Source: an uncultured virus (IMG/VR IMGVR_UViG_3300025296_001443)
Taxonomy: Duplodnaviria > Heunggongvirae > Uroviricota > Caudoviricetes
DNA length: 64,000 nucleotides
Direction: 5' to 3' (one strand)
IMG/VR virus record: IMGVR_UViG_3300025296_001443
The notes under the pieces were generated by a model that had not been told where the DNA came from, did not search any database, and saw nothing but the letters and a program-made list of their open reading frames with translations. Every line of letters begins with the position of its first letter. Within the stretch, counting starts at the first letter, position 1. The position numbers and the translations under genes are program-made. Below, piece after piece: positions 21,194 to 31,338 of the stretch.

Positions 21194-22016
21194 CTTTTTT
21201 TATCTCCTCGTCAACTTTAATTTTAGTACCATCTTTTTTTATTATCTCATCAACTTTAAATTTAGTCCATACGTGTCCTGCAAATGGATAAGTTCCATAA
21301 TGCGTTAAAGGACTTTGAAGATCAGCATATATCTTACCGCCTATTTTTTGCCATAATCTACAAAAAGCATAATCTTCACTTAAATATCTATTACTTTTTT
21401 CATCAATAATACAGTCAAAAAATGCATAACAATTTTTACTAGAATATCTATTATTATTAATAATTTGATCACTAGTATATTTAAGATTAGGATAAGCTTC
21501 TTTCATTTTATAAAAAACTTCTTTTTTTATACACATAAATCCAGTTGCAGCATCTAAAACTTCAGTAAATCCTTTTTCTACTTTTATATTTCTAGGATTA
21601 GCAAAATTTAAATTATAACCATAAGCTTTTTGTTCAAGATTTTTTGGATCTTCTTTTACAAAACCTGGAATACCTTTCCAATCAATAGATTTTCTAGGAT
21701 ATATTCCACATGCTATATCATAATCTGATTGTATCAATCGAGTTACAGCTTCTCCATTAAATCCGATATCTGCATCTATAAACATTAAATGAGTAAAAGA
21801 TTTATCATCTTTTTCACAATAATCTAAAAATTGACTTACTAATGTATTTCTAGCTCTAGTAACTAAACTTTCATTACCCATTGTATTTAAATGAACTTTA
21901 AATTTATTTTTAGCTGCAAATTGAGTTAGACTTAATATCCCATGTAAATATCCTTCTGATAAAAGACCGCCATAACAAGGTGTGGCAACCATAACACCAA
22001 TTTTTTTTTCACTCAT
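21162..22016 (-). CDS. Glycosyltransferase (GT-A fold)
   Basis: ATPCYGG, ESLVTRARN, LMFIDADI (DxD), ATGFM, YLSEDYAFC, LTHYG. Confidence 0.8.
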   Translation of the reverse strand: MSEKKIGVMVATPCYGGLLSEGYLHGILSLTQFAAKNKFKVHLNTMGNESLVTRARNTLVSQFLDYCEKDDKSFTHLMFIDADIGFNGEAVTRLIQSDYDIACGIYPRKSIDWKGIPGFVKEDPKNLEQKAYGYNLNFANPRNIKVEKGFTEVLDAATGFMCIKKEVFYKMKEAYPNLKYTSDQIINNNRYSSKNCYAFFDCIIDEKSNRYLSEDYAFCRLWQKIGGKIYADLQSPLTHYGTYPFAGHVWTKFKVDEIIKKDGTKIKVDEEIKKDGNDIQQSSK

Positions 22017-22465
22017 AATATTACAACTGTAACATTTCCGAGTGCAGTTTGTAACAAATTTGTGTTAGCTGTATACCAAGTTGTTGGTAAAGTAGCTACT
22101 CCTACATATAAAGGTTGACCTGATGTATTTTCATAACCAGGAATTGCAGTAAATTGATTAGGAACTCCACCAGTAGAAGAACCTGCAACTCCTCCTCCAG
22201 TTCGTGCTGCTTTAGTAGCAGAAATATTAGCTTGAAGTCTTGCATTTTGTAAAGCGGTTGCATCAGTAAAATATGTTAAATCTAATTGTGGTTGTTTAGG
22301 TTCCCACTCTGAAGTATGAACTAACATACCTGTCCATTCATATAACATTTCTTGATAAGGAAATTTTAATCCTGATCTATCAGAAATTGCATAAGCATAT
22401 TTTCCAGCTGCAAATTTATTTGAAGGTGCTCTATGTGGTCTTGTGGAAGCAGGAATTCTTGGCAT
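22013..22465 (-). CDS. Conserved phage virion-associated protein
   Basis: AISDRSGLKFPY...EW.G.LVH.SEWEPKQPQL motif; morphogenesis context. Confidence 0.5.
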   Translation of the reverse strand: MPRIPASTRPHRAPSNKFAAGKYAYAISDRSGLKFPYQEMLYEWTGMLVHTSEWEPKQPQLDLTYFTDATALQNARLQANISATKAARTGGGVAGSSTGGVPNQFTAIPGYENTSGQPLYVGVATLPTTWYTANTNLLQTALGNVTVVIL

Positions 22466-23154
22466 TATTGATAAAATCTATTAGCTGTTGCTGGTAAAAT
22501 TCTAGTAGAAGGAGTATCATCTCCTGCTATTAATCTTTCAAAAGCTTGTTCATAATCTATTCGTAAAACTTCTTGAGTTGCACCAGGTATACCCGGTCTT
22601 TTTTTAGAAAGATAATAAGCAAGTCCTGCGCACATACATTCAAAAGCTCTAAAAGGTACATCAACATTTTGTTCTACTCCACTTACAGTTGAAGCTGTTA
22701 TATCTTCAATTCTTCTCATTCGATAATATGTAATTGTATAAGATTGATCAGGTGCAGGATAAACTTTTAAAATAGGAGTAATTAATCTTTGCAAATAATA
22801 TTGAGTAGGTCTAGATTCAGTAGTTTTATTTGAAATAACAGCATAATCATTAAGACCTAAACGTGTCATTGCATATTCTGTGCCATCACTTAATTGAATA
22901 TTAGCATTTATAATATCTACAGTATCACTATCTAAATTATAATCAGTAGTACCTTGAGTTACAGCTTGAGTTTTATATTCTACAGTCCATTGATTATAAC
23001 CACGATTAGCCCAATCACTAAACATAATATTTAAACTACGTCTAGCTGATCGTACATCATAACCTAAAATAGGATCTCCTCCTAATCTATCATAGGCTTC
23101 TTGTATTACATCATTTACTGTTAAAGTAAAAGTGGAAGTTCCTGATAATGCCAT
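22465..23154 (-). CDS. Head-tail connector/tail tubular protein A-like
   Basis: ARRSLNIMFSDWANRG, RPTQYY, VYPAPD, GLAYYLS. Confidence 0.6.
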   Translation of the reverse strand: MALSGTSTFTLTVNDVIQEAYDRLGGDPILGYDVRSARRSLNIMFSDWANRGYNQWTVEYKTQAVTQGTTDYNLDSDTVDIINANIQLSDGTEYAMTRLGLNDYAVISNKTTESRPTQYYLQRLITPILKVYPAPDQSYTITYYRMRRIEDITASTVSGVEQNVDVPFRAFECMCAGLAYYLSKKRPGIPGATQEVLRIDYEQAFERLIAGDDTPSTRILPATANRFYQ

Positions 23155-23163
23155 AGTTCTCCC

Positions 23164-23499
23164 TTACGCATAAAATGCTGTTACACCATTAATAGTTGCT
23201 ACATTAGCGCCAACAAGTGAAGATGAAACTTGTATACTTGTACCAAATTTAATACCTTCTGATGGTAAATTCATTTGAACTGTTGAAGCTCCTGCTGCTG
23301 CATTACCTGTTTCAATCTCAAATATGTCTGTTCCACCATCTTTCCAAGTAAGAACACCTGGAGAATCAGAAGGTTCAATAATAAAACCTTTTAATCTCAT
23401 TGGTCCTCCAAATAAAGTAACAGTAGTGGCAACATTTGAAGATGTATTAGATAACCCTGCTTTATTTACACTAGCTGCAAATATATCTGATCCTGCCAT
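23164..23499 (-). CDS. Small virion protein
   Basis: Beta-rich, LPSEGIKF; located after capsid genes. Confidence 0.45.
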   Translation of the reverse strand: MAGSDIFAASVNKAGLSNTSSNVATTVTLFGGPMRLKGFIIEPSDSPGVLTWKDGGTDIFEIETGNAAAGASTVQMNLPSEGIKFGTSIQVSSSLVGANVATINGVTAFYA

Positions 23500-23507
23500 A
23501 ATTTCTC

Positions 23508-24011
23508 CTATATTAAATTATATTTTTTTAAGTTCTCATATAGTAAAGCAATTCTGTCATCATGAACAGTGCTTGGTTTTAAGTATTCTGCTTGATAAGC
23601 TTTAGCTTGAGTAGTTCCTAAATCTAATGGTTGTTGATTTAGATTTACACTTGGTGCTTGTCCTATAGATTGACCACTATCTATTACTGTAGCTCCTCCA
23701 CTAAATGTCTCTATTACTTTTTCTATATTTTGTAATTTTTCTTCTAATGATTCTTCGTCATCTTTTTCTTTTTCTTTTTCTTTATCTTTTGTAGTAATAA
23801 CTCCTTCATCTTTTTGATGAATTCTTTCAGCCTCTCTAGCATCACCACCTGTTTCTAATACTGCTTTTGTTGCTATATCAGTTTCTTTATCATCATCTTT
23901 TAATTCAGTTACTTCTGTATCTTTAACTTTAATTAATTCATCATCTTTATCATCAAAAACATTTTTTAAAGCTTTAGCTGGTTCATATAAAAAATCTAAA
24001 TTTAATTCCAT
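23508..24011 (-). CDS. Acidic hypothetical protein
   Basis: ORF with GGAGG RBS; no family recognised. Confidence 0.5.
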   Translation of the reverse strand: MELNLDFLYEPAKALKNVFDDKDDELIKVKDTEVTELKDDDKETDIATKAVLETGGDAREAERIHQKDEGVITTKDKEKEKEKDDEESLEEKLQNIEKVIETFSGGATVIDSGQSIGQAPSVNLNQQPLDLGTTQAKAYQAEYLKPSTVHDDRIALLYENLKKYNLI

Positions 24012-24021
24012 AATCCTCCAA

Positions 24022-24045
24022 TAAAAGGAGGCCCGAAGGCCCCCT
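24022..24045 (-). terminator. Rho-independent terminator
   Basis: Minus strand AGGGGGCC-TTCG-GGCCTCCT then TTTATT. Confidence 0.8.
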
Positions 24046-24054
24046 AAATTATTA

Positions 24055-24531
24055 TTAAGCTATTGTAAATGTTCTTTGTAAGCCATTATCTTGAAGATAA
24101 GTCACAGAAGTTGTTATAGCTCCTGTATTACCATCGCCATCTGTACCAGTAAATACACCTACTACTTTAATATCAGAAGCTCCAACGTTTGCCATTAAAC
24201 CTAAAGCTGCAGAAGATTGTGATGTTCTTCCTAAAGCTTTACAGTTTGCAGCAGCAGTGAATGCTGTAGCATTCGAAGCATTTCCAACTGAAAAAGTTGC
24301 AGCATTTGTATCATTTGATACTTCAGTAACATCTACATGCACAAATAAAATTTGTGAATTAGCTGGAATTACAGCAACATTTGTATTTGCTGTTGCTCCA
24401 GTAATTGTAACATCTTTACCTTGTGCCATTGTTACATAGCCAGTGTTTTTTACATTCGAGCCTAAAGTGCTACCAGTAGTTTCATTAATACTACCAGCTA
24501 ATACCGGACCCGAAAATGTTGTTTTTCCCAT
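24055..24531 (-). CDS. Capsid decoration/minor capsid protein (putative)
   Basis: MGKTTFSGPV start, Thr/Ala-rich, directly after the major capsid gene. Confidence 0.55.
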   Translation of the reverse strand: MGKTTFSGPVLAGSINETTGSTLGSNVKNTGYVTMAQGKDVTITGATANTNVAVIPANSQILFVHVDVTEVSNDTNAATFSVGNASNATAFTAAANCKALGRTSQSSAALGLMANVGASDIKVVGVFTGTDGDGNTGAITTSVTYLQDNGLQRTFTIA

Positions 24532-24557
24532 AAGTCTATCCTCCTTTAAAAAATAGT

Positions 24558-24606
24558 CTGCTTGCGCAGTCGTTTGGGTTGTTACTAGGCGCCGAAGCGC
24601 CTAGTA
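24558..24606 (-). promoter_or_regulatory. Two hairpins after the major capsid gene (UUCG and GCAA tetraloops)
   Basis: TACTAGGCGC-TTCG-GCGCCTAGTA (24583-24606, no U-tract) then CTGC-GCAA-GCAG; probably mRNA stabilisation or processing. Confidence 0.55.
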
Positions 24607-24617
24607 TTGATTAGTTA

Positions 24618-25526
24618 TTACGCAGCTCCTTCGGAACCGTATACACCTCTCCAGTCAGTAAAACCGAAAGAATATCTTTCTCTAACTTTGTATCTTAAAT
24701 TACCAGTTTCAAAATCGCCTTCTACAGCTTTTTTGATTGGTGATCTAAGGAAGTGTTTCATTCCATCTGGGCAATCAGTTAATATGAAGTATTGATCAGG
24801 GTCAGTAAATCTTTGATTTACTACAACACCTTCAGGGATCATACCCATATTTCTAAGTGCATTGATGTCATTATCAGCAGTTCCCGGTCTTAAATTAGAC
24901 TTAAGGATTCTTTCTGCAATAAACACCAATTGAGGTGGAACCGCAAGTTTTCTTCCTGATAAAGCAACAGGTATACTTCTGTCATCAACAGCTGTTGAGA
25001 TTTGAACTAAAAGTGTCTCTAAGGACGTTTCAGATAAATCTGCAGGTGTTGCTAATATGTTAGAAGCAGTACCGCCACCACCTAGTGGATGAGAACCATT
25101 TAATAATGCTACTCCGTCTCCACCAACCGATGTGCCAGTTGCGTTATTGAAAACATTTGCGCCTTTTATTTCTTTAGTTTGTTGCATTGATCTTGCTAGT
25201 GCTCTTGCGTATTTAGCGCCTAGAGAACCGTACAAGCCATCTTCTTCAGCTTCTTCAGTTATTGCGAATGCTAAAGCGACAGTTTCATGCACATACCTAG
25301 AAACAAAGCCTTCTCGACCAGAATCATAATTGATCATAGCCCCTTCAGCTTTTGTTGGTGCAGCTCCGAAGCCGATCATTTGTACATCTTCTTCGAATGC
25401 TTTCATTGATTGCTCTGTAGAATATAAAGCTCTCCATTGTTCTGGATATCTATCATATTCCATACCAAACACGGTATTTAAACCTAGATTGAGCTGTTTG
25501 GTAAAAAGTGCTCTATTTAAAGCCAT
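24618..25526 (-). CDS. Major capsid protein
   Basis: GLNTVFGMEY, AFEE, HETVALAFAITEEAEED, ARSMQQTK, GDFETGNLRYKVRERYSFG. Confidence 0.88.
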   Translation of the reverse strand: MALNRALFTKQLNLGLNTVFGMEYDRYPEQWRALYSTEQSMKAFEEDVQMIGFGAAPTKAEGAMINYDSGREGFVSRYVHETVALAFAITEEAEEDGLYGSLGAKYARALARSMQQTKEIKGANVFNNATGTSVGGDGVALLNGSHPLGGGGTASNILATPADLSETSLETLLVQISTAVDDRSIPVALSGRKLAVPPQLVFIAERILKSNLRPGTADNDINALRNMGMIPEGVVVNQRFTDPDQYFILTDCPDGMKHFLRSPIKKAVEGDFETGNLRYKVRERYSFGFTDWRGVYGSEGAA

Positions 25527-25548
25527 TTTTTAACTCCTATTGTTAAGG

Positions 25549-26115
25549 TTAAATACCAGCTTGACGAGTACCATATAGAGATAGATTAATTACTACTTCT
25601 ACATCAGCATCAGCGCCAACTGCATTTTTAGGATAATCAATTAAACGAAGGATTCTCAATGATTTTGCAGTTGCTGCAAGAGTTGAGATATCCAATTCGT
25701 CAGTTGAATGTCCGTAGGTTGAATTAAAAGTTCCAATAGTAATATTTGCTAATTCGCCAACATTTGCGTTTGCGAAAGTTCCATTACATTGAATCTTGTA
25801 TGTTATATTTGGATCATCATACACATATGCTTTAATCGGGTCACCCGATTTAGCAGTTGTTGCATTGTTCCAAACTTTCTTAAATTTAACATCGCCTGTG
25901 TCATTCTCGATGTATTCAACACCATAAAAAACTCCGAGCACTACTCCGCCCGCTGTTCCTCTGATAATTGTACCATCGGTATGAAGTGCAACAATATCGC
26001 CACTTGCAAGATTAGCTGCATAGCTGTTTGCAATAGCATATTCATTAGCACGAATAACACCGCCTGTTAAATGTCTTAACGGTGTAAAACCGTTAGGTGC
26101 ATCTACGTTTGCCAT
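25549..26115 (-). CDS. Capsid-associated (decoration/cement) protein
   Basis: MANVDAPNGFTP, GVFYGVEY, VYDDPN; immediately upstream of the major capsid gene. Confidence 0.6.
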   Translation of the reverse strand: MANVDAPNGFTPLRHLTGGVIRANEYAIANSYAANLASGDIVALHTDGTIIRGTAGGVVLGVFYGVEYIENDTGDVKFKKVWNNATTAKSGDPIKAYVYDDPNITYKIQCNGTFANANVGELANITIGTFNSTYGHSTDELDISTLAATAKSLRILRLIDYPKNAVGADADVEVVINLSLYGTRQAGI

Positions 26116-26141
26116 AGTTATTTGTCTCCATAGTTAGTTTG

Positions 26142-26597
26142 TTACTCTTTAAAGCCGCCTCTAGTAACAGAACTTTTATAAGACCTTTGTATGGGTTGTC
26201 CGGGTGATTCTACTCTATTCATATCTTGAGCAACTGAAGTCATTAAACTTTCAGTCATTTTTGCGTAATATTCATTACGTTCATTTACCATTTCTTCTGG
26301 CATTTCACAGAGTACCATTCCTTCTATACCTATATATCCCGCAAATTTGCCATGTTCTATCGTAGGAAAATGTTGGCCATCTTTGACAGTTTTAATGTCT
26401 CTTGGTTGCCAACCTTCTCTCAATCGTTTAGCTACATTTGTCGGCGTTTCCTGTCCCAAGACCATAGTGGCAATCCATCTTTGTTTCATGCCAGGTCTTG
26501 CTTCAGGCGCTTCTAATAAGTTACTAGGTCGCCATTTTGAAACTGTTGCAGATTTTTCTACTCTAGTTTCATTGTTTATTTTATTTGTTTTATTCAT
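26142..26597 (-). CDS. Conserved head-module hypothetical protein
   Basis: WRP..LL.APE...G...RWI, NV.KRLREGW, G.VLCEMP. Confidence 0.55.
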   Translation of the reverse strand: MNKTNKINNETRVEKSATVSKWRPSNLLEAPEARPGMKQRWIATMVLGQETPTNVAKRLREGWQPRDIKTVKDGQHFPTIEHGKFAGYIGIEGMVLCEMPEEMVNERNEYYAKMTESLMTSVAQDMNRVESPGQPIQRSYKSSVTRGGFKE

Positions 26598-26608
26598 GTC
26601 AGGCTCCT

Positions 26609-27613
26609 TTACCGTGTTCCTGTATTTGAATCACTAAAGTCTTTTACTTCTTTAGCAAATCGTTTTAGTGCTGCATCATCGTTAATGTTAATACCAAAGG
26701 TTTTAGCAGTGGCAAGATCATCACCTGTGAGCTTAACTCTATTACTACTGGTTCCTTTTTTACGAGAAACTCCAGCAACCGGAGATTGCACTCTGTTAGT
26801 TTTTTGTACTACATTTTGATTACTTTTGGAAGTGTTTTCTTCTGTTTTATTAAAATAATTAAGACCACTTGCTTTTAATCTTTTAGTTATCTCATCATAA
26901 TAACCAGGATCATGCACATCCCAACCTTCTTCAGTTAATTCAGCATCAATTCCATAAGCCATTGCAGTTTCTTTTCTGTAACCCGGTTTATTAAACCATT
27001 GTGAATTTTCTTTTACCCATTCAGAAGCTAAAGGTGGAGCTTTATCTTTTTTCTCCTTAACTTTAGGTACTCTAGCAGCATAATCTTCAGTTTTTGTTAT
27101 TTGACTTCTAATTTCAGCAAGATTTTCATACAATTTTACTTGTTTATCTGTATTTCCTTCTTCAATTGCTGATTTAAGTTCATTTGATACTGCAGTAGCT
27201 TGATTAGAAAGTGATTTATTAGCCATATCAAAAGTTCTTTTTTCCATAGAATTTATTTTTTGTTCTAAATCAACTATTCTTTGTTCAGCATCTGCTCTTT
27301 TTGCTACTTCTTTCTGAATTCTTTTACGAACTTTAACAGAATAAGGTAGATCCTCTGAATATGAAGGTGTTTTTTCAATAGGTTTAGTTTCTACATCATA
27401 TTTTACTTCATTTTCATAAGATATATCAGTTCCATGATCTTTTTCTTTTTTATATGTTCGTTTATCTTCTTCTTTTTCACTTTCATTAGAAGGTTTTTCT
27501 TGTTCTTGTTGTAACTTTTCTAATGGATTTAAAGGTACCTCTACCTCTTGTCCTTCTACAACATCATCAAGTTTTACTTCTAATTCTTTTTTTTCTTTTT
27601 CATTCTCTGGCAT
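26609..27613 (-). CDS. Capsid scaffolding protein (putative)
   Basis: Acidic N-terminus, coiled coil, W...N.WF; lies between portal and capsid genes. Confidence 0.65.
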   Translation of the reverse strand: MPENEKEKKELEVKLDDVVEGQEVEVPLNPLEKLQQEQEKPSNESEKEEDKRTYKKEKDHGTDISYENEVKYDVETKPIEKTPSYSEDLPYSVKVRKRIQKEVAKRADAEQRIVDLEQKINSMEKRTFDMANKSLSNQATAVSNELKSAIEEGNTDKQVKLYENLAEIRSQITKTEDYAARVPKVKEKKDKAPPLASEWVKENSQWFNKPGYRKETAMAYGIDAELTEEGWDVHDPGYYDEITKRLKASGLNYFNKTEENTSKSNQNVVQKTNRVQSPVAGVSRKKGTSSNRVKLTGDDLATAKTFGININDDAALKRFAKEVKDFSDSNTGTR

Positions 27614-27652
27614 AGTATCTCCTATGTTGGCATTAACTTATGTTAATGTTTA

Positions 27653-28021
27653 TTATAATTGTTGAGTTATTATATCTGGATTTTCCAGAGTTGCAATAAT
27701 CTCATCATCATTTAATAACAGCATTTTGACCTTTTGTACAGAAATTCTTGCACCCGCATATCTACCAAAAATAACCCAATCATCTACTTTACACCAGGGT
27801 TGTTTTCTATCACTATAACATTCTGATCCCATTGCTATTATTTGACCTACACTATTTAAATAAGATTGATTATCTTTATTCGAATCAGTCAATATAATAC
27901 CACCTTTTGTTTTTTCTATTACTCCTCTAGGTCTGATTAATATTCTATAACCTACTGGTTGAGGTATTTTTTCTGGTGTAGGTATATCATTATCAGTTGC
28001 CCATATATCATTATGTATCAT
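27653..28021 (-). CDS. groES: Co-chaperonin GroES-like
   Basis: PVGYRILI, KTKGGIIL mobile loop, FGRYAG, LLNDDEIIA. Confidence 0.85.
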   Translation of the reverse strand: MIHNDIWATDNDIPTPEKIPQPVGYRILIRPRGVIEKTKGGIILTDSNKDNQSYLNSVGQIIAMGSECYSDRKQPWCKVDDWVIFGRYAGARISVQKVKMLLLNDDEIIATLENPDIITQQL

Positions 28022-28214
28022 CTTCTATTTCTCCTGTTTTATATTTTTCAATTAATTCATTAATTATTTGTAATGATTTATCTAAACCTTGTCCATATCC
28101 ATAGACACGTTTAAATTCAGGTAAATTTTCTACACCTTTAGATAATAGATTATTACTTAATTCTTGTTTATGATCTTTTAGTTTTTGTTTGATCGCTTGT
28201 AGTAGACGTTCCAT
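28011..28214 (-). CDS. Hypothetical protein
   Basis: Translationally coupled ORF in the head operon. Confidence 0.5.
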   Translation of the reverse strand: MERLLQAIKQKLKDHKQELSNNLLSKGVENLPEFKRVYGYGQGLDKSLQIINELIEKYKTGEIEDDT

Positions 28215-28371
28215 TACTTCCTTTCACAAAAAAATCTAAGGTTGCTTCAAAATTTTTTTTTAATCCATTTGAAGCAATAGCAAATAAATGTGGTTTAACT
28301 TTTTTAATAGAAATTTTTTTATTTTCTAAAAATTTTTTAGCTTGTCTTATTTCGTCTGCTTTCGCTCCCAT
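28168..28371 (-). CDS. Hypothetical protein
   Basis: Coupled to the portal stop codon. Confidence 0.45.
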   Translation of the reverse strand: MGAKADEIRQAKKFLENKKISIKKVKPHLFAIASNGLKKNFEATLDFFVKGSNGTSTTSDQTKTKRS

Positions 28372-30686
28372 TATTTTCTTTTATCTTTTCTAGCAACTTT
28401 AGAAGCTGTCTCTACTATTTTAGCTTTAGTCTCAGCATCTTTTCTAGCCTCTTGTTTTTCACTTTGTTTTACACCTTGCATAAATCTTGCTTTTCTGATT
28501 TGAAGTTCTTCAGCTTTTAATTGAATGTTAGCTTGTTTTTCTTTATCTTCCATTTGTTGTTTTTGTTCTTCAGGAGAAGGAGGCATACTGCCCATTAACT
28601 GCTGTGCAGCTTGTGCAGCATTTGCTGCTATTCTATTTTCTTCTTCTATACTTATTTCTTTTGATGGCTCATTATCTAATTCTCTATTAAAATCTCCAGA
28701 AGAAATAGGATTACCTGGAGGAACTGATGCTTGCATTTGTTGTTGATATAAATATGCCATATGTTGACCTATATGAGCTAACATTGCTGGATATAATCTT
28801 TCTTTAGCTTCAGGATTTCCACCAAATCTAGGATCATTCATAAATTGAGAATGAACTTGCATATGAGCTTGATGATCTTGATCTTCAAATACTTGAATAG
28901 GCATAGTATTAAGTATAGCCATATTCTCTGATACTGGATCACGTCTAGGAGTATCTTCATCTTCTATTATTAAATCCATATAATCAGGAATACTTAAAGC
29001 TTGTAAAAATCTTCTTGTTGCTTCTTTTACATCTACTACATCAGGAGTTTCTCTTGCTAATTGTAAACCAGTTTGAGCTAAAGCTATTCTTTGAGCTTGA
29101 GAAAATATATTAGGATCAGATACAGGAACAACACTAATTGAAGCACTAAAATCTTTTCTTCTAATTTTTTTATTTTCACCTATTACTTCAAAAGAATATT
29201 CATCATCTAAATATTCTCCATTTAATTCATAAATTAATTTAAATTCTCTACCTTGAGCTTGATGTATTCTTTTATGAATAGCGGAAAATACTTTAGAACC
29301 TTGTTCTATTAAAGCAATAGTAGTTCCAACTGGACCTGATCCAGCTGAATCTCCAATCATTGCATCTGCAATAGAAGCAAACCGTCTCCCTGACTCAGTT
29401 AAAACTCCAAGTAATTGAAGTAATGTTGGTGATGGTTCTTTAAAGGGAAGAGGGATAAAAGATTTACGCAAGTCATCACCATATGCTTCTACTTCAACCC
29501 ATTCTCCAGGAGAGATAGTAATATCTCCTCCTTCTATTCTGGCTCCTTTAGCTCTAAAACCTCCATTAAGATTTGCAAAGGCAGCTGAATCTAGTAGTGC
29601 TCTTAAAGCACCAGTGCTTGCGTGTTGAAGTCCACCTATCATTTGTATAAGACCAAAGCCGTAAAAGCCCAAGCCAGGAAGATATTTATAATGAATAAAA
29701 TAAGTTCTTTTTCTTTTTAATGAATCTTCTTCTTTCCAGTTTCTTCTAATAGATAAAACTCTTTGTGATTCATAATCTATTGTTATAATATAAGGTAAAG
29801 CTAATTCATCTTCATCTTCACCTAAATCTATATTGGTATGTACTTCTAAAAGAGTATGAATTTTACTAGCCATACTTGGTGTCATACCTTCTAATCTTTG
29901 TAAAGTTTGTTCAACCATATCTCCGCTAGTAGCACCAGTATTAGGATCAGATTTAGTTAATGGAATATCTTTATAATAACCTGAAATTTGATGTTTTCTT
30001 ATTTCAGTTCTTGTTAATTTCATTACTTGAGTATATCTATCAGCAGTTTCTAAATCTGTATTTTCCATAGAGATTACAAACTCTTCAGCGGGTACAAATT
30101 TAGAGCAAATTCTATCTAATGTATTATCAAAATATATTTTTTTAAAAGCACTTCCTGCAAGAGCTAAATAAAATAACATTTGATCTAGTTCATTAAAGTA
30201 ATCAGGGATTTCTTGAGTAACTTGAAAGTTCATAAAGTCTTGAACTCTTTGTGCTTGTTCTAATTTTTTATCTGTAGTTTTTCCAATGATTTGTGTTTTA
30301 ACAGGACCACCTGCCGGAAACATTTCTGCGATAGCACGAGCTTGAAACTGTGTTGCTGCTTCTGCAAGTAAAGGATGATGAACACCAGAAGCTCCTGGAA
30401 AAGGATCTTGTCTATCTTCAACTATTACTCCTAACATTCGTAGACCTTTAGAATATTGATCTTCCCAATTTTTCCTAGAACTTTTATCATCTTCATAAGC
30501 TCTAACTAAATCTTTTCCTACTTTAGCAACTTCTCTTTCGTCTAATTCTTCTGCTAAATTTGCATAATGATTTCTTTCAAAAACTTCTTCATCTTTTTCA
30601 GTTTGATCTTGATCTATATCAACTCTAACTTTTTCACCTTTATCATTAGTGAATTGTAATTTTTTTTTATCTAGTTCAACTTCCAT
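28371..30686 (-). CDS. Portal protein
   Basis: PFPGASGVHHPLLAEAATQFQA, GSAFKKIY, FLPGLGFYGFGL-like segment, PVGTTIALIE; 771 aa. Confidence 0.85.
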   Translation of the reverse strand: MEVELDKKKLQFTNDKGEKVRVDIDQDQTEKDEEVFERNHYANLAEELDEREVAKVGKDLVRAYEDDKSSRKNWEDQYSKGLRMLGVIVEDRQDPFPGASGVHHPLLAEAATQFQARAIAEMFPAGGPVKTQIIGKTTDKKLEQAQRVQDFMNFQVTQEIPDYFNELDQMLFYLALAGSAFKKIYFDNTLDRICSKFVPAEEFVISMENTDLETADRYTQVMKLTRTEIRKHQISGYYKDIPLTKSDPNTGATSGDMVEQTLQRLEGMTPSMASKIHTLLEVHTNIDLGEDEDELALPYIITIDYESQRVLSIRRNWKEEDSLKRKRTYFIHYKYLPGLGFYGFGLIQMIGGLQHASTGALRALLDSAAFANLNGGFRAKGARIEGGDITISPGEWVEVEAYGDDLRKSFIPLPFKEPSPTLLQLLGVLTESGRRFASIADAMIGDSAGSGPVGTTIALIEQGSKVFSAIHKRIHQAQGREFKLIYELNGEYLDDEYSFEVIGENKKIRRKDFSASISVVPVSDPNIFSQAQRIALAQTGLQLARETPDVVDVKEATRRFLQALSIPDYMDLIIEDEDTPRRDPVSENMAILNTMPIQVFEDQDHQAHMQVHSQFMNDPRFGGNPEAKERLYPAMLAHIGQHMAYLYQQQMQASVPPGNPISSGDFNRELDNEPSKEISIEEENRIAANAAQAAQQLMGSMPPSPEEQKQQMEDKEKQANIQLKAEELQIRKARFMQGVKQSEKQEARKDAETKAKIVETASKVARKDKRK

Positions 30687-30802
30687 TATGTTTTTTTCTT
30701 TTTTTTAATTATTTTACTTCCATATCTTTTTGACCATTTTTTTGCAATCTTTGGTTTATTAATGTGCATCCATTTTTTTTGTTTTTCTGATCTAAAAGGC
30801 AT
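30686..30802 (-). CDS. Lys-rich micro-protein (38 aa)
   Basis: Hand translation MPFRSEKQKKWMHINKPKIAKKWSKRYGSKIIKKKKKT; start and stop overlap neighbouring genes. Confidence 0.6.
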   Translation of the reverse strand: MPFRSEKQKKWMHINKPKIAKKWSKRYGSKIIKKKKKT

Positions 30803-30909
30803 TATGATTTTTTATATTTAACTTTAATACCTTTTTTCTTTGCAGCCATTTTAGCTTTTTTCATTCCCGCTTTACTATATGCAAATTTCTTTTTTCCGAC
30901 TGTGGGCAT
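30802..30909 (-). CDS. Lys-rich micro-protein (35 aa)
   Basis: MPTVGKKKFAYSKAGMKKAKMAAKKKGIKVKYKKS with AGGAG RBS. Confidence 0.6.
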   Translation of the reverse strand: MPTVGKKKFAYSKAGMKKAKMAAKKKGIKVKYKKS

Positions 30910-30998
30910 AATTTCTCCTATGTTTTTTTTAATAGAGTGAGCTTTAGTATTAAAACTCAAGTTATTCATATATAACTAAAGCCTCCTCTATTAATGAT

Positions 30999-31151
30999 TT
31001 ACTTTTTTTTAAAACCGTAAGTGCCTTTAGGTTTACGAGTAGCTTTAGCTACTTTTCGTCTGCCGGCCATAGACATTTTTTTGCCAGATTGTTTTCCTCT
31101 AGTCATTCCTAGTTGTTCATCTTTTCTAGCATTGTATCCTTGTTTTTTCAT
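30999..31151 (-). CDS. Basic micro-protein (50 aa)
   Basis: MKKQGYNARKDEQLGMTRGKQSGKKMSMAGRRKVAKATRKPKGTYGFKKK with AGGAGG RBS. Confidence 0.6.
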   Translation of the reverse strand: MKKQGYNARKDEQLGMTRGKQSGKKMSMAGRRKVAKATRKPKGTYGFKKK

Positions 31152-31225
31152 ATTAGTATACCTCCTGGTTCATACCATACTTTCCTATTAGTAGATATAA
31201 AACAAAAATATTGAGATTGAAAGCT

Positions 31226-31330
31226 TTAAATTTTGGATAATTTTTTTCGATTGTACTTTTTTTTATTACGAACTATCTTTTGTTTAAAATGTCTTAATTG
31301 TTTCGCAACAGGATTGCGCTTTTTATTCAC
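31226..31330 (-). CDS. Basic micro-protein (34 aa), weakly ArfA-like
   Basis: GTG start after AGGA; MNKKRNPVAKQLRHFKQKIVRNKKKYNRKKLSKI. Confidence 0.45.
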   Translation of the reverse strand: MNKKRNPVAKQLRHFKQKIVRNKKKYNRKKLSKI

Positions 31331-31338
31331 TTTCCTGT

